DNA of 64,000 nucleotides from Psilocybe cubensis (Eukaryota): NCBI GenBank assembly GCA_017499595.2, contig CM039006.1, positions 992,001 to 1,056,000 of the forward strand, read 5' to 3'. Shown piece by piece: positions 52,143 to 64,000 of this stretch (position 1 is its first letter; each line of letters starts with the position of its first letter). The notes under the pieces were generated by a model. It saw only the letters and a program-made list of their open reading frames with translations, ran no database searches and was not told where the DNA came from. The position numbers and the translations under genes were made by a program.

Positions 52143-53662
52143 ATGAAGCTTGGATATTGGGATGTCCCTCTGAGTGCTAGGGTTGATGATGAACTTGATA
52201 GTGAGTCAATATATGACCTGCTTGTCTTTGGGTTCTGTTATCCATTGTGGCTAATGCTGATTCAAATATTATACAGCCAGCATTGTTCCTGCGTTCGATT
52301 TGACGCTCATTCGACTTTATGTTGCCCTCAATATCATAGGGCTTGTGGGGATGATATTGATGGTCATGACGGCGTCCATCTCTCGGAAAGTCAAGCGTCT
52401 GTCAACGTGGTACAGCTTCTGCGTGTCATGGATTCTATCCTGTTCCTCGTACCTTTTGCTGTTTTTGACGGGCCAGCAGACAAGCTTGAATCCGGTTTAT
52501 TGGGTATGTTACACCCAGTCAGCGCTTATTTATTCAATGCCTCCGACGTATGCCCTTGGTCTTTCGAAGGTTAATCTAATTTTCTAATACACACTCAAAA
52601 AACAGGACAAGTTGCACGACACTTGCGCTTCTTGTTCATGTAAGAGTTTCCTGTCAATGTGCATACTGCTCCGACTCAGATAGGCGGTTTTATAGATTCT
52701 CATGAGTTTTCCGGACACAACGGCAGAAACGCCCATCCAAGTGAACCTCAAAACTTCATGCTGCGTAGGACCCCAATTCCTGTGAAGAACAATTGAAATA
52801 CTGATATTGCTCACAGCTTCTTTTGGGGCCTTATTCTATTTTGCTTGTGATATTTATTGGCGTAGCTGTGGTAAGACTCACTTCCATTACACTTATTTTC
52901 GCGCATTGACTCGACTCATCCTATCATCTCAGTACACGAATCGTAGTCCAGGTACGCTGCAGAAAGTCAGTTGGGGAACGTATTGCCGCTCAACCAATCC
53001 CGATTGGTACGCAAATTCGATGATTTATTATCATCTGTCTGTCTCTAATGATGCTGATTGAACAGGGCACGGATATCTTGGATTGTTGTGGCTGTAGTAT
53101 CAATGGCAATAATTGTTGTTCAAGGTACAATCTTGTTTCTGATCTGTCATCCTGTTCACTTAATATCGTCTTTAGGTCAACTGGCTGCACGCCTGTACTC
53201 AAATTTTCACTCCATCCGACGAGGCTCGCAGTCGTTCGCTACGATGCTGCGTGGAATGCTTTTCACATTGATTGGGTTCATTAACCTTGTGTAGGTCCAC
53301 ACAATCTTGCTTCCGAAAATAGTACTTATACTTAGCTTAGAGTTGCCATGGTACTCGTCGTCACAAACGTACATGACCTGACATTTGATATCATTATCTC
53401 ACTGTGTAAGTGACTCTTATCGCACATCTTCTGTCTGTATTTATCACTCCTACAGTTCCTATCCTGGGCTTGATTGTATTTGGGTCACAAATGGTCAGTA
53501 CTTTGCATTCCGCACTCAAATGATTGTATACTGATGTTTACACTTATAGGACTTGCTTACGTCCTGGATCTTCTGGAAAAGGTCCTTGTACAGCGAGAAA
53601 GACAAAGCTTTGTGTTCACCACATCAAAAAGTTTGATTGACCAAGGGCCAGACCTTTCATGA
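52143..53662 (+). CDS. Multi-exon 7TM GPCR-like membrane protein, paralogue 2
   Basis: RLSTWYSFCVSWILSCSSYLLLFLTGQQ..VCYTQSALIYSMP, WGTYC, FGSQMDLLTSWIFWK. Confidence 0.7.
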
Positions 53663-55176
53663 CCATAACGAGCGAGTGTAAGAATACTATTACTATTGCA
53701 TGAAGTTTTTATAGCGGCTGGGTGCTGCAATGTACCAATTACTCTGTACCAATAGCATCTTCGAATGGAAACCAAGAGATGAAATCATGAAATATAGCAT
53801 AGCACACGGGAAAGGAACTTTGACCATAGATTTCGCACTCTCCATCACCAAATTATCCAACTATGGCGAATTGATCGTTGTTATTTTGAGAAAATGGCTC
53901 AGATGGCATGTACTGCGCCATTTATAACCATGGAGGTACAGACTAGACTATTTGCTCACCTGGTATGCTGGGATTGATAGCTTGAGTAGATGTTGCGCAA
54001 ATGGCCACCAAGGCTACATAACCCTACAACATTCAGTTGAGACTTATAGGTGGTTTGAAGCTGTAGGAATGCGGATATGGAAGTGAAAATTCTACCATCT
54101 TTACTAGGAGAGAAATCAAATAAAGCCAATCGGAACAGGGAAAAGGAACTATTGGCGAAATGCAGACAGTACTTAAAGAAAGACAGGGGATTTTTGAGTT
54201 CAAGAAAATGTGTGGGAAATAGATTAGAGGTCCGACGACCATCATCGACCTTCTGATTATCATTATGTAATTAACTAAACCACCGTTTCCCGATGTTTTC
54301 CTCGACGACTCCCATGAATATTCGGTTGTTTCGATATTTCCCCCGCCTTCTAATATCAAGTGAAAATTATAGGCTGAATAATGAGCAGTATGACCTAGTG
54401 CTGTGTAAGGACTCTAGAATCTAAATTGAAGAAAATGAACTGGCATTGGTTGGACCGGGTCTCCTTTCGCAAGCTGCCAAACCTATGCGTCAACGCAGCA
54501 CATAGCTCTTTGCATGCCTCCCGGCGCTTGCCAAACAGATACCGGAACCTCTTTCAAGAATTGAGGTCTTTATTTAACGGTACTTGTACAGCTTTGTCAT
54601 CATACACACATTTGAACGCTAACGATGGCATAGGATGACATCTGCTTGCGCCCATTCAGCCTTTCCTCCGAATGACTTGTTTAACTGCCTCTCGGTGGCA
54701 GTGTTGGGGACCATACCAAATATTTCTTTGTCTGAAAGGAAAAGTAAAAGCGTAGACAATGTGTCTACATAGTCACATTGCGCATTGAAGGATCTGCCAT
54801 TCTCTCCATTCGGCGTTATCGAACTCCTGGTAATCTCTTTCCAGCCTCACATCATTGAAGGGAACTCGGTGCGATTAAATATAGGAATGGCATCACTGCT
54901 TTCTGTACAGACGCGAGGTATCCATCGAAGTCTACTGTTGAAAGGGAGTCATCATACGTCACTTTCAAGCATCCGCCGTGTCCTATGCAATCTACACAGG
55001 CACTGAGGTGTTCACGCCAAGCGCCCTAAAAATAGAATAGAGAATAGAAAACGTGAGTGCGGTCCCATATAACCTGTAAACAGGCCCCTTTCCCCAGGGA
55101 AGATCTTTTCAGCATACAGAAACACCGGTGTTCTGTTATTTTTTTTCTGTTTTATCGAATAACAGAGACAACCGAT

Positions 55177-56661
55177 ATGTGGCCTCACTCATTCTTTATG
55201 ATCAGTCGGTTTTTTACTTCTTCATAGGAAAATATATTCTGACATTAAAACGTCTCAGGGGAGCTTCCAGCAGAGACTATGGATATCTTTCTGGATGTTA
55301 TCGTTACTCTTCAGATAGTGGGACTTACTGGTTGCGCAATTACTCTCGGAACCGTGATCTTTTCCAAGATATACCGGCGTCCAATGTGGTTAAGCTTCAT
55401 GATTACTTGGATTGTGTCGAGCATCTCATATCTTCTCCTGCTACTATCTGGACATTTGGAGGATCCGAAGCCACCATTTGGACTCTGTGTAATCCAAGCA
55501 TCGCTCATATATTCTGTACCTCTGCTGTACGCATCACACCAGTCCTCAATAATCACCAGGACTAATCACCGTCTTTTACAGTACATCTGCTTCAACTCTA
55601 GCCCTGGTCGCTCAGGTATGTGTCTACGTTTTTGAACTTACTATATCTCAGTATACCACAGCTTTACCTTGAAGTTCGAAGTCTGTTCAGTGAACATGTT
55701 CGACAACACGAGCGTTTTTGGAGTATTATTGTACGTGATAAAATTGTTTACCCATCTTATGGTTGCTCATGAAAACAATGCATAGTTTCTCTTTACTCCA
55801 TACTTTTTGTTCCTTGCAACTTCCATTGGATATTTAATGGTACAGTGGATTCCTCTCATGATCTTCAGCAAACATAGAGTGATTAAAGAACGGTCTCCTA
55901 CTCAGTTGGGTTTAAATAATCCCAGTGTGGTTCATCGAGGTAGCATAGCAACACCTTACTGCAACATGACAAACCGAATTCCGTGAGCGTCTTTAATGAG
56001 CAGAAATCGCACCAGTACCTCATGTGGCTCACAGGACAAAAATCTCATCGATCTCAGTTGCGGCACTTTTGATACCAATGTTGATTCTTGAAGGTCCGTT
56101 TCTAAATTGCGAGCTGTTTAGCCGGATTGACTTAAACAGCGGTTCTATTATTTAGGGCTGATTTGTAAAATTCTGAAGGACAACTGGTCAGTCATCAGAG
56201 GAAGACAGGCACTACTATCAACTGCAACGAGAGTACTGGGCTTTTCGGTACTGGGAATGGTAGCAATTGCGTGAGTCATTCTTGATAGCACCCAGAGACA
56301 CCCACGCGTCTATTCACACAGTCTATGTTAGCCTGAGTCTGATATTCGCCTCAACGAGTGACCGGGATCCAGAAATGAATGTAGTTATCTCAACCAGTTA
56401 GTATTTAAACCGTTCTTCATAACCAAATGCATCATTAAAAGCCGGACTTCAGTGCCAATAGCCGCATTTTGTCTCTTCGGGACTCAGGGGGTAAGGAGAT
56501 TCGTGTACATTTTTGACATACATCTGATGGACCTTGGTCAACAGGATATTCTACGCGTCTGGATGTTCTGGAAGCAGGACTCATCAGCGCCGGCTAGAAA
56601 TACTATTAGTTCTGAAAATGAACTGAGCGAACTAGTTAACAAAGCAGAGCAGCGAGTGTGA
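55177..56661 (+). CDS. Multi-exon 7TM GPCR-like membrane protein, paralogue 3
   Basis: MWPHSFFMI|RELPAETMDIF..RRPMWLSFMITWIVSSISYLLLLLSG..LCVIQASLIYSVP, TPYC, FGTQGDILRVWMFWK. Confidence 0.7.
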
Positions 56662-56944
56662 CTGTTTTCCTGCCATGCGCCATACGATGGGTGGCTTCGT
56701 TTACACAATTTTTGACTGCATCAAAGATGCAAGACGATTTTTTTTTGTTCCACTGAATTTGGGTTAAGTCCCTGTGCACTTCGCTATTTATCTGCACTTT
56801 CTTTACCTACAAACATCCGCATATCAAAGCCTGGGGAATGTACTCCAATACAAATGTATTTTTATAGTATCAAATAAAATTCAAAAAAAAAAAAAAACGA
56901 GATTCAACAAACTAGATCAGCAAGTAAGTACCTGTTGCCATCTC

Positions 56945-58279
56945 CTAACTGCGATCCTCTCGACCACGGATACGCAAATACTCCATGGATTGTTTGAATC
57001 GCTGTAAATTTCTTGCGAGGTACCTAAGATTCCTGAAAGTAATGGATATCTCCCAATAGGCACTCGAAAATATGAGAGCGATCCCCATCAACGAAAGAAG
57101 TAACAAGACTATGGGGAAGGCGACCGAGCTAAAAATGAGGAACGACATGATGATGGACGATATGACCAGCATAAAGATGGCCACAAATTGCAGCTGCTCG
57201 CACATTGCCAAGTAAAATTGAAAATAGCGGAAGTCGTACTGTCTGTCCTGTTGAGAGGTGAGGCTCGCACCACGACTTGCGATGAGGATATTTCCAAAAT
57301 GAATGAACACGGCGATGATGGCAAAGAACATCCCAACGCTGAAATCCGTCCTATGGTTCGTTCCTACTATGGAGTACACCAAGGATAGAAAAGCTAAAAT
57401 CAGCCCTGCGGAGAATGTTGACTATGCAAGTTTAATTACAGCGTAGGGGTTGCAGGAGAACGTCACGCACGATGACTACGAGCATAGAAAATTGTTGGTT
57501 GACATTTTCGTAAAACTTTACTTCTTCTGCCGATAAAGGTGGAGGTTTAGAGTTGAGCAGGGGAGCTAGACATATAATATATCTGTTAGTACATTTCAGG
57601 CCAATAATTCGATACCAACCGGAGGCGCTAGTTGAAGGTGCCTTGACTGGAACTTGGTTTTGTAACGAAGTCTGCAGAGTGCGAATATTGTTCGCATGGG
57701 CTTGTAAGAAGGACAGAAGCGCATGTGTATATGTATCGAGTAGCGCTCTGTTGATGTTGTCGTGTCCCGAGACATATGCGGTGTTGCGTGTGGATTTGAC
57801 ACCATGATTGGATAGAGTCCGTTGAGAGACAGCATCGGTACTCTTGGTACTCTTACGACGATTCAGAGAGGACAAATCTTCATCAGGAGGATGTAAACTC
57901 ATCGACCCTCGTTCGCCTTTCTCAGCAGCTGTGCGTAGGGCCACTTATAATGTGTTCTCATATAGAGTAAAAAATACCAACCGTGTCGGTTGTTTTCAGA
58001 AGGGTAGGCTTTCTGTTCATTTAATACGTCTTGAAGATCCTTCACTTTGTTCATGTGTTCTCCAAGAAATGTGTGCAGTTCCAATTGCAAGTTCTGGAAC
58101 AAGATCTGGTGCTCTGTAAAATTGGCTGTAAAAAGCGGTTAAAGGCGAAAAAATGGAATAACTACAATACGCAGCCACTCACATGGAGCATCCGGAATAG
58201 AATTATTCCTGAAGTTCTGCTTGATCCTCTCAAATTCGGGACCTGATTCGATGTCTTCGTTTGCTGGATTTATGGACAT
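56945..58279 (-). CDS. Hypothetical membrane protein with 4-5 C-terminal TM helices
   Basis: MSINPANEDIESG.., multi-exon; hydrophobic segments FSMLVVI|STFSAGLILAFL, FSVGMFFAIIAVFIHFG, FVAIFMLVISSIIMSFLIF. Confidence 0.7.
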
Positions 58280-58562
58280 GATTTTTTTGGTATGGAAGTA
58301 TGGAAGGTGAGATTTGCGAGCTCCAATTAGTATCCTCAGAGTCACTATAGAACGTGGTGTATGTGAAGGAACATCGCGGATGGCAGCAGCTAATGAGATT
58401 AACAATGCGCTGCGTGACAAATGAAGACTCAAGGCATTGCCTTGTGGTGGACGCCTGTTCATACGTAAAAAATATAGGTACACTGCTTTATTTTTAACAA
58501 TCTACAGTAAGAAGCATGTTTGATCAGGAGTGTTTGCTGCGGTTAATCGACGAACTTACAAA

Positions 58563-61500
58563 TTAAAGAGGATCATGTACAAGAGAATTTGTTGATACTT
58601 CAGTCGTCAGGTTCTGTTTAGCTACATCGTTGGCAAGAAGTGTGCGAGGTTCAAGCTTGAATCTTCGTTTAGTTTTGGCTTGATGCTTTTTTATTCGCAC
58701 TTTGCATTTTTTACAAAGTTTCCCGGGCATTTCTGAGGGGAGGGTACGCCGACACGTTCTCGTCGCGCATGGTCGCTGAAGGCTATATATGAGCTTCCAA
58801 ACAGAAACACTGTGAGCAGGAAACACACCACTTTAATAGTATCTGTGTGGTCAACCGCTGGTCCCGAATCCGATTGTGTAGTATGATTTATGTCCTCCTG
58901 TAAACTCTCTAATTCATCTTCGGGTGACATCATTGGCGTGACAGAAGAATCCAAATTCTTTGGAGCGCCCGTCATCCCCAGCATGGCAGTTTTCTCAGCT
59001 TGTATAGCTTTATGCTTCTCAAGATAATCAGGGACTACCTTGCGCCTTTTTCTAGTGGGTTTCTGGCGGATGAAATCACCAGTTAGCTAATTCGACTATT
59101 AATGCGGTCGACCCTTTAACTCACATCCATCGTCTCAGAAAATGACTCTGTTCCAAGGTTGTGGTACGTAAGCTCGACTACTTCTGCTTCAGGTGTTGGC
59201 GTTGCAGATTTGGAGGAAGGTGTCTCTTTTTGAGAATCGTGAGGGGTAGGTACAGTTGTTTCAGTTGCCACTACAGATGTTGTCGGGGGCGGAGCAGACA
59301 ATTGGATGCCTGGGGGAGGAATAATGATAGGATAACCTTTGAAGGCCAGCGAGGATGGTGGGAGTGTTACATGGGGTTGTTGCCCGGATATGGGGTTCTG
59401 TCCCGTTAACGTATACCGAGGTGGAAGATATGGATATCCGCCAATAAGTGGGCCTAGCCCTAATACCTGAGGAGAATATGTGTAAGGAAGAAAATTTGCA
59501 GAACCCGGAATCGCCGCAGTAGATGAAGAAGCAATAGGAGGCTGAGGATTTGGTAGACTGTTCGACGCGGGGAAAGGAATAGAAGGGAAATGCGGGTATG
59601 AGTACGGCGGCATGTAATAAGGATAATAAGGATACGATGATGAGAGCCCGAGTACCCCTATGGTTCCATGAGGTGTGGAGACGGAGGTGGGTGAAGTAGC
59701 GACTGTTGCAAGTCCAGCGTTTGGTCCTGCTGGCTTAGAGGCCGATTTTTTCTTGCCTTTCCCAGATACACGGGTTGGCGTAACTTCGTTGATGGTCTTT
59801 CTGGCGGGTGTCTTGTAGACAAATGGGGCAGAAGTAGGAACTGTGGCTGTTGGAGTTGCATTAGCGACTTCATCTGCAGCCCCTACTTCGCTAGAAATAT
59901 CTGTAGCGCTCTGCTACATACTTTATCAGAGCCTAATTGTTACAACGAATAAAGAATGCTTACAGCTGGAGCAGGTTTCTCGGTTACGGCCTGCGGTGCA
60001 TCCGAAGGAACGTGTACTTCTTCATTGGGAACTGGGGTCTTAGTCTGGATGTCCCACGTAGGTATCATGGTTTGCGTTGGCAGAGGTGCCGGGGCATCCG
60101 GGACAAGCTGGACGCGAAATTTCGAAAACTGCCCTTGGACAGCAGTGACATTATCGCCTTGTACAACTTGTTGTTTTTGTTTGATAATGGTATGAAAGTT
60201 AGGTGAAAGATACATGGGTGGCTGAACTTGCATGCGCTCCTTCCTGTAATACGGTCGAAATGGACCAGAATTGCTCTGGGCATCAGATGATGTTGGCGTT
60301 GAGATAGATGTTTTGGATGAAGTTTGAGTCGAGTCAGGCGTGGAAACAGACGCCGTGATGGGAACGGTCGGAGAAGTTGTTAGAGCAGTAACTGTAGGTG
60401 AAGCGGGTGCTGGCATGGGTGGAGCAGGGTCATGAGTATTAGTGGCTTTAGAATCATACACGAGCTTGAGCCCAACGACAGGCGATTCCTCTTCTTCATC
60501 TCCAATGTCGGATTCTCCTTCAGCGTCATCATCTCCGTTCTCTTCTTCAAGTTGATTCACGACAACGGGTGGTTCATTTGAGCTTGACGATGTGGCCTGA
60601 ATTTCTATGCCAGATGGGGCTGTCATTTCACTCGCCTTTCTGGCCGCACTCAACGTCTGTGTCACTCCCTTCCAGTAGGCATTTTCTGCGGCTTTCAATT
60701 GTTGCCTCACAGCAAGTTTGCGTAAGCGATCCATCTCCCGACACTCCTCGCAAGTACGCCATCGGACACCTGGAAACAGAAGATTTTGGCAATCATCTGT
60801 TACACATAAGAATTTTGAAAGCTGATTCATCTACGGATATGTTAGCGAAAAAATTAGATACAGCAGAGAACGAACTGGGCTACCTGTGCACGAGATTTGG
60901 CCTCGGGTACTTTGCGATTAATGTCGATGTGAGAAGTGGCATCGAAACCAAGGCCCTCTGTAGCGACAACAGCCTTATCTGCTTCGGTTGCATTGTCTTT
61001 CCTCTTTTCGTCTGTAACGGACGCTGATGCCTGTTCTTTGTCCTCCTGAGTTTTCACTGTACCATCTTCCATGGCTGTTTGTGATGTAGCAGCCATATCC
61101 TCCGTATTTGCTACACCTTGACCAGCACCTATGGAATTGACGCCCTTCTCTCTCACCCGCTTGAGTTTGCTATGTTGCCGGTTTTGAAGACGATGTTGTT
61201 CGCATCGTTTGTAGCGGTAGTGGCCCGGCAAAATCTTGTGACAATGCGATACCGTACACATACGAGCCGGAAGTGTTCCCAATTGTCCCATAGTTGAAAG
61301 AGTATTGAGGTGTGGATGCGGCGAGACAGAATCGGGTGTGTCAATGGAACCAATCATCGCTGAGTACACGCCAGCTATGGGCAAGGCTGATGTATAACTT
61401 GCAGACGCAGAGTCAGATGATGACTCTGGCTGTGTGTTTGCTGTCGGTGTCAAATGAGAGATGCCATCGTTGACTTGTGGAACTTGCTCGTCGATTATTG

Positions 61501-62629
61501 ATAACTCCCAAGCATGTAGTTCATCCGGATTGTCGGCCAAAGGCTAGTCAAATTCAGTGCTCTGCAAGTGTCCATATTGAAAACAGTATCTACCGGGAGG
61601 CCCTCGAGCTCTCTTCTTCTATCTTCCGCGTCCCTTAAACTAGCCATCTCACGATCTAGAGCTTCGCGTTCTGTTTTCCATTTGGCTCTTTTGGTATTCC
61701 CATAAAATCGATACCGCGTGCGACAATGTGGGCACATTTTATACTGGTACGCAAGTGGAAGACTGGATTTGCACCCCCGGACGGAACAAGGTCTTGTAAG
61801 CCCTTCGACGGAATCTTGCGGCGTGGCATCGTTTGCAACTGGAGTGCTTTGATTTTCAGTGATATTCTCTGCTCCTTCGGCAGGTAGATGATTTGTATCG
61901 GTTACTGATTCTGCCTGGATTGAGGGACGCGGTGGCGGTAAAGTAAGAGCATTGGCCAACTCGGAGCTCGAACTCGTCTGGTGAATCGACAAGTGACGCG
62001 AAGAATCTTCAGAGAACAAACGTGGATCAATTGATTGATTCCAACTCTCAGACAGAATTGAGGGAGGAATAGACGAAGATGGATCAACCGTCGTTGATTG
62101 GGAAGTGGTGTTTGGAAGTTCCTGCGATTTATGTTCAGCCGAAATTGTATCAAAGTGTGCAAGATTGAAGGCAAAGGTGTGATAAGAGAAGGCGATTAAA
62201 AGTTGAAAGCTAAAGCTGCTACAATGGACCATCCACAAGAAGCAAAGATTGCCAACAAATGCGCATACATACAGATAACACAAAATTAAAATTCGAAGGA
62301 AACACAGTGGCACGTACCTTAGGAAAAATATCCATATTGTCTGCTATCCATGTAGACTCAATTACAGCTGGGGTGGATAAACCACTGTTTGAGTCGTCCA
62401 AAGGTTCCTGTCCATTCCGGGCAGTGATTGCTGCTTTCTCTAACTTTCGCCGTGCTCGTTTGGTGCTCGCGTAAATGCGATGGCGACCGCGACATGTGTC
62501 GCACATCTTGTGTTGAGAGTCATCGGGAACGAATTGGGTGCAGCCACGGACAGAGCAATGCTTGGGACCGTTATGTGGGTCATGACCGTCATTGGAGAAA
62601 GGTAAATAGACTGCGTCGGACGCGTCCAT
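58563..62629 (-). CDS. Large hypothetical protein with five C-x4-C-x12-C-x2-C/H zinc-knot motifs followed by basic helices
   Basis: CSVRGC..CDTC, CSVRGC..CPHC, CTVSHC..CEQH, CVTDDC..CEEC and CATRTC..CKKC in spliced ORFs; 3' end approximate. Confidence 0.7.
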
Positions 62630-63377
62630 GTTTTTTGGTCTGTAGACTCTGGTCTGATCTGCCAGACACGTTTCTCGCCGAGTGCTGTTTGAATCGGAGA
62701 ATGAATTTAGTCGCCAGACTGTCAATGGACCAGACTGCCAGACTCCTGATCAGGCCAACGCAATGCTCAGTCAAGGCTTCAAGCTGGTCCTCTACTGCAT
62801 TGTACTGTCATGTCAATTTTAACAAATATTTTAGCCTGAAGAACTTGAAACCGATCTGGAAAGCACTTTGTCTTAGAAATATTTGTCCACTTGTCTTCCA
62901 GTGACAAACTATTTTCGAGCCAAGGCCCACTGAAATGAGTCGGTATTTGGAAGCCTACTAAACTGCCCCACGGTGATTATCTCGGTCTTTGTGCCTGTGT
63001 ATTCTTCTACGCTCTAATAATATTCTCCTTGGTCCATTCTTATATGCATAGGTACCGACTCCGCCTTCCAACACATTGCCAGCACATTGCACGGAGGCTG
63101 CTGACCTAGTCTGGAGGTCACACTTCAGTAAAATGTGGGAATGCCTCCCACAACCAACTCCCTTACATCCATCATGAATAGGGGACATTGACGACATCGC
63201 GCAGTCGCAAACAGCTTGCCAGTTATCCCGGGGAAACGCCGGTTGTAAGCTTTTTTACACTCCTCTTCTCACTTTCAGTAGTGTTTCTTGCCTGCTCGTT
63301 TTGGATTCTTTCGCTCACGAAATTGGTATAAAGCTGAGTGCGCATGTCGCAGTCATGCACGAGTAAAAGATTTCAGA

Positions 63378-64000
63378 ATGTTCTTTGGTTCTGTAACTGC
63401 CCTTCTTTCCCTGGCAAGCACGAGCTTTGGAAAAATTCTATATGCTGGAGTGAACGAGGTATGTCTTCAGATTTAATCCACGGCAATCAGTAATAAACGT
63501 ATATTTGCACTCAAACAGTCTGGCGGCGAGTTCGGGGTCTTCGCTCCTGGACAAAAAGGCTTCGGCCTTCCTGGGCGCTTCGGAGTCGATTTTGCCTTTA
63601 TCAACAAGGTATTCACACCACAACGCGTGCTTATGGAAAACTCACTTCTCTATCAAACAGAGCACCATCGACATCTTCGTTGACCAAGAAAAGATCAATT
63701 TCTTCCGAGTAACGTTCCTGATGGAACGAATGGCTCCCCTTGAATTTGGATTAGGAAGCAAGTTCAATGAAACGGTAATTATATCGAAGCACATTATGGG
63801 TAGCTCTACTTACTTCCTCCAGTACTTCAGCGAGTACGCGGATGCCATTAATTATATCACCCAAACAAAAGGCGTATACGCTCTCATTGATCCTCACAAT
63901 TACATGCGCTACAAGTAAGCTTATCAAGTAAGAATATATGCGCTCTCATTAATCACCAACATCACTGCAATCCAGCGACCCATCTCAACAACCATTCTCC
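63378..64000 (+). CDS. Secreted GH5 endoglucanase (GH5_5-like), truncated by the window end
   Basis: Signal peptide, AGVNESGGEFG, LPGRFGVDFAF, NFFRVTFLMERM, ALIDPHNYMRY; TATAAA at ~63327. Confidence 0.92.

Noticed and set aside
45741-56897. (GAC)n before the MOB4 ATG, poly-T at ~48270-48300, poly-A at ~56883-56897
   Set aside because: Ordinary simple repeats in UTR or intergenic DNA, with no TSD or retro-insertion evidence.

Overview
Eukaryotic, intron-rich fungal DNA (short GT..AG introns, intron-containing tRNAs, class I hydrophobin, CYP512-type P450s, DUF6535/DUF6698-type genes), most consistent with an agaric basidiomycete; the taxon and all family names are inferred from remembered motifs, not database searches. 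1-~5270 looks like the decayed right arm of a large DNA transposon. It carries two divergent, inactivated cargo genes (one nonsense codon, one hit by a 277-bp solo LTR with a perfect 5-bp TSD), separated by two arrays of hairpin-forming repeats, and ends in AT-rich subterminal inverted repeats plus CAGTG. The rest is host DNA: a large EF-hand/2xZZ-finger gene, two convergent DHA1 MFS paralogues, a 2OG-Fe(II) oxygenase, a hydrophobin, a NIPA Mg2+ transporter, tRNA-Val(CAC) and tRNA-Pro(TGG), a DUF6535-like gene, an intact 5-exon Y3-like secreted 8-Cys lectin absent from the ORF track, an F-box/LRR-like gene, three tandem CYP512-like P450s (one with a nonsense codon), MOB4/phocein, three tandem GPCR-like 7TM paralogues, a five-zinc-knot protein and the start of a GH5 endoglucanase. 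Exon boundaries were called by eye.
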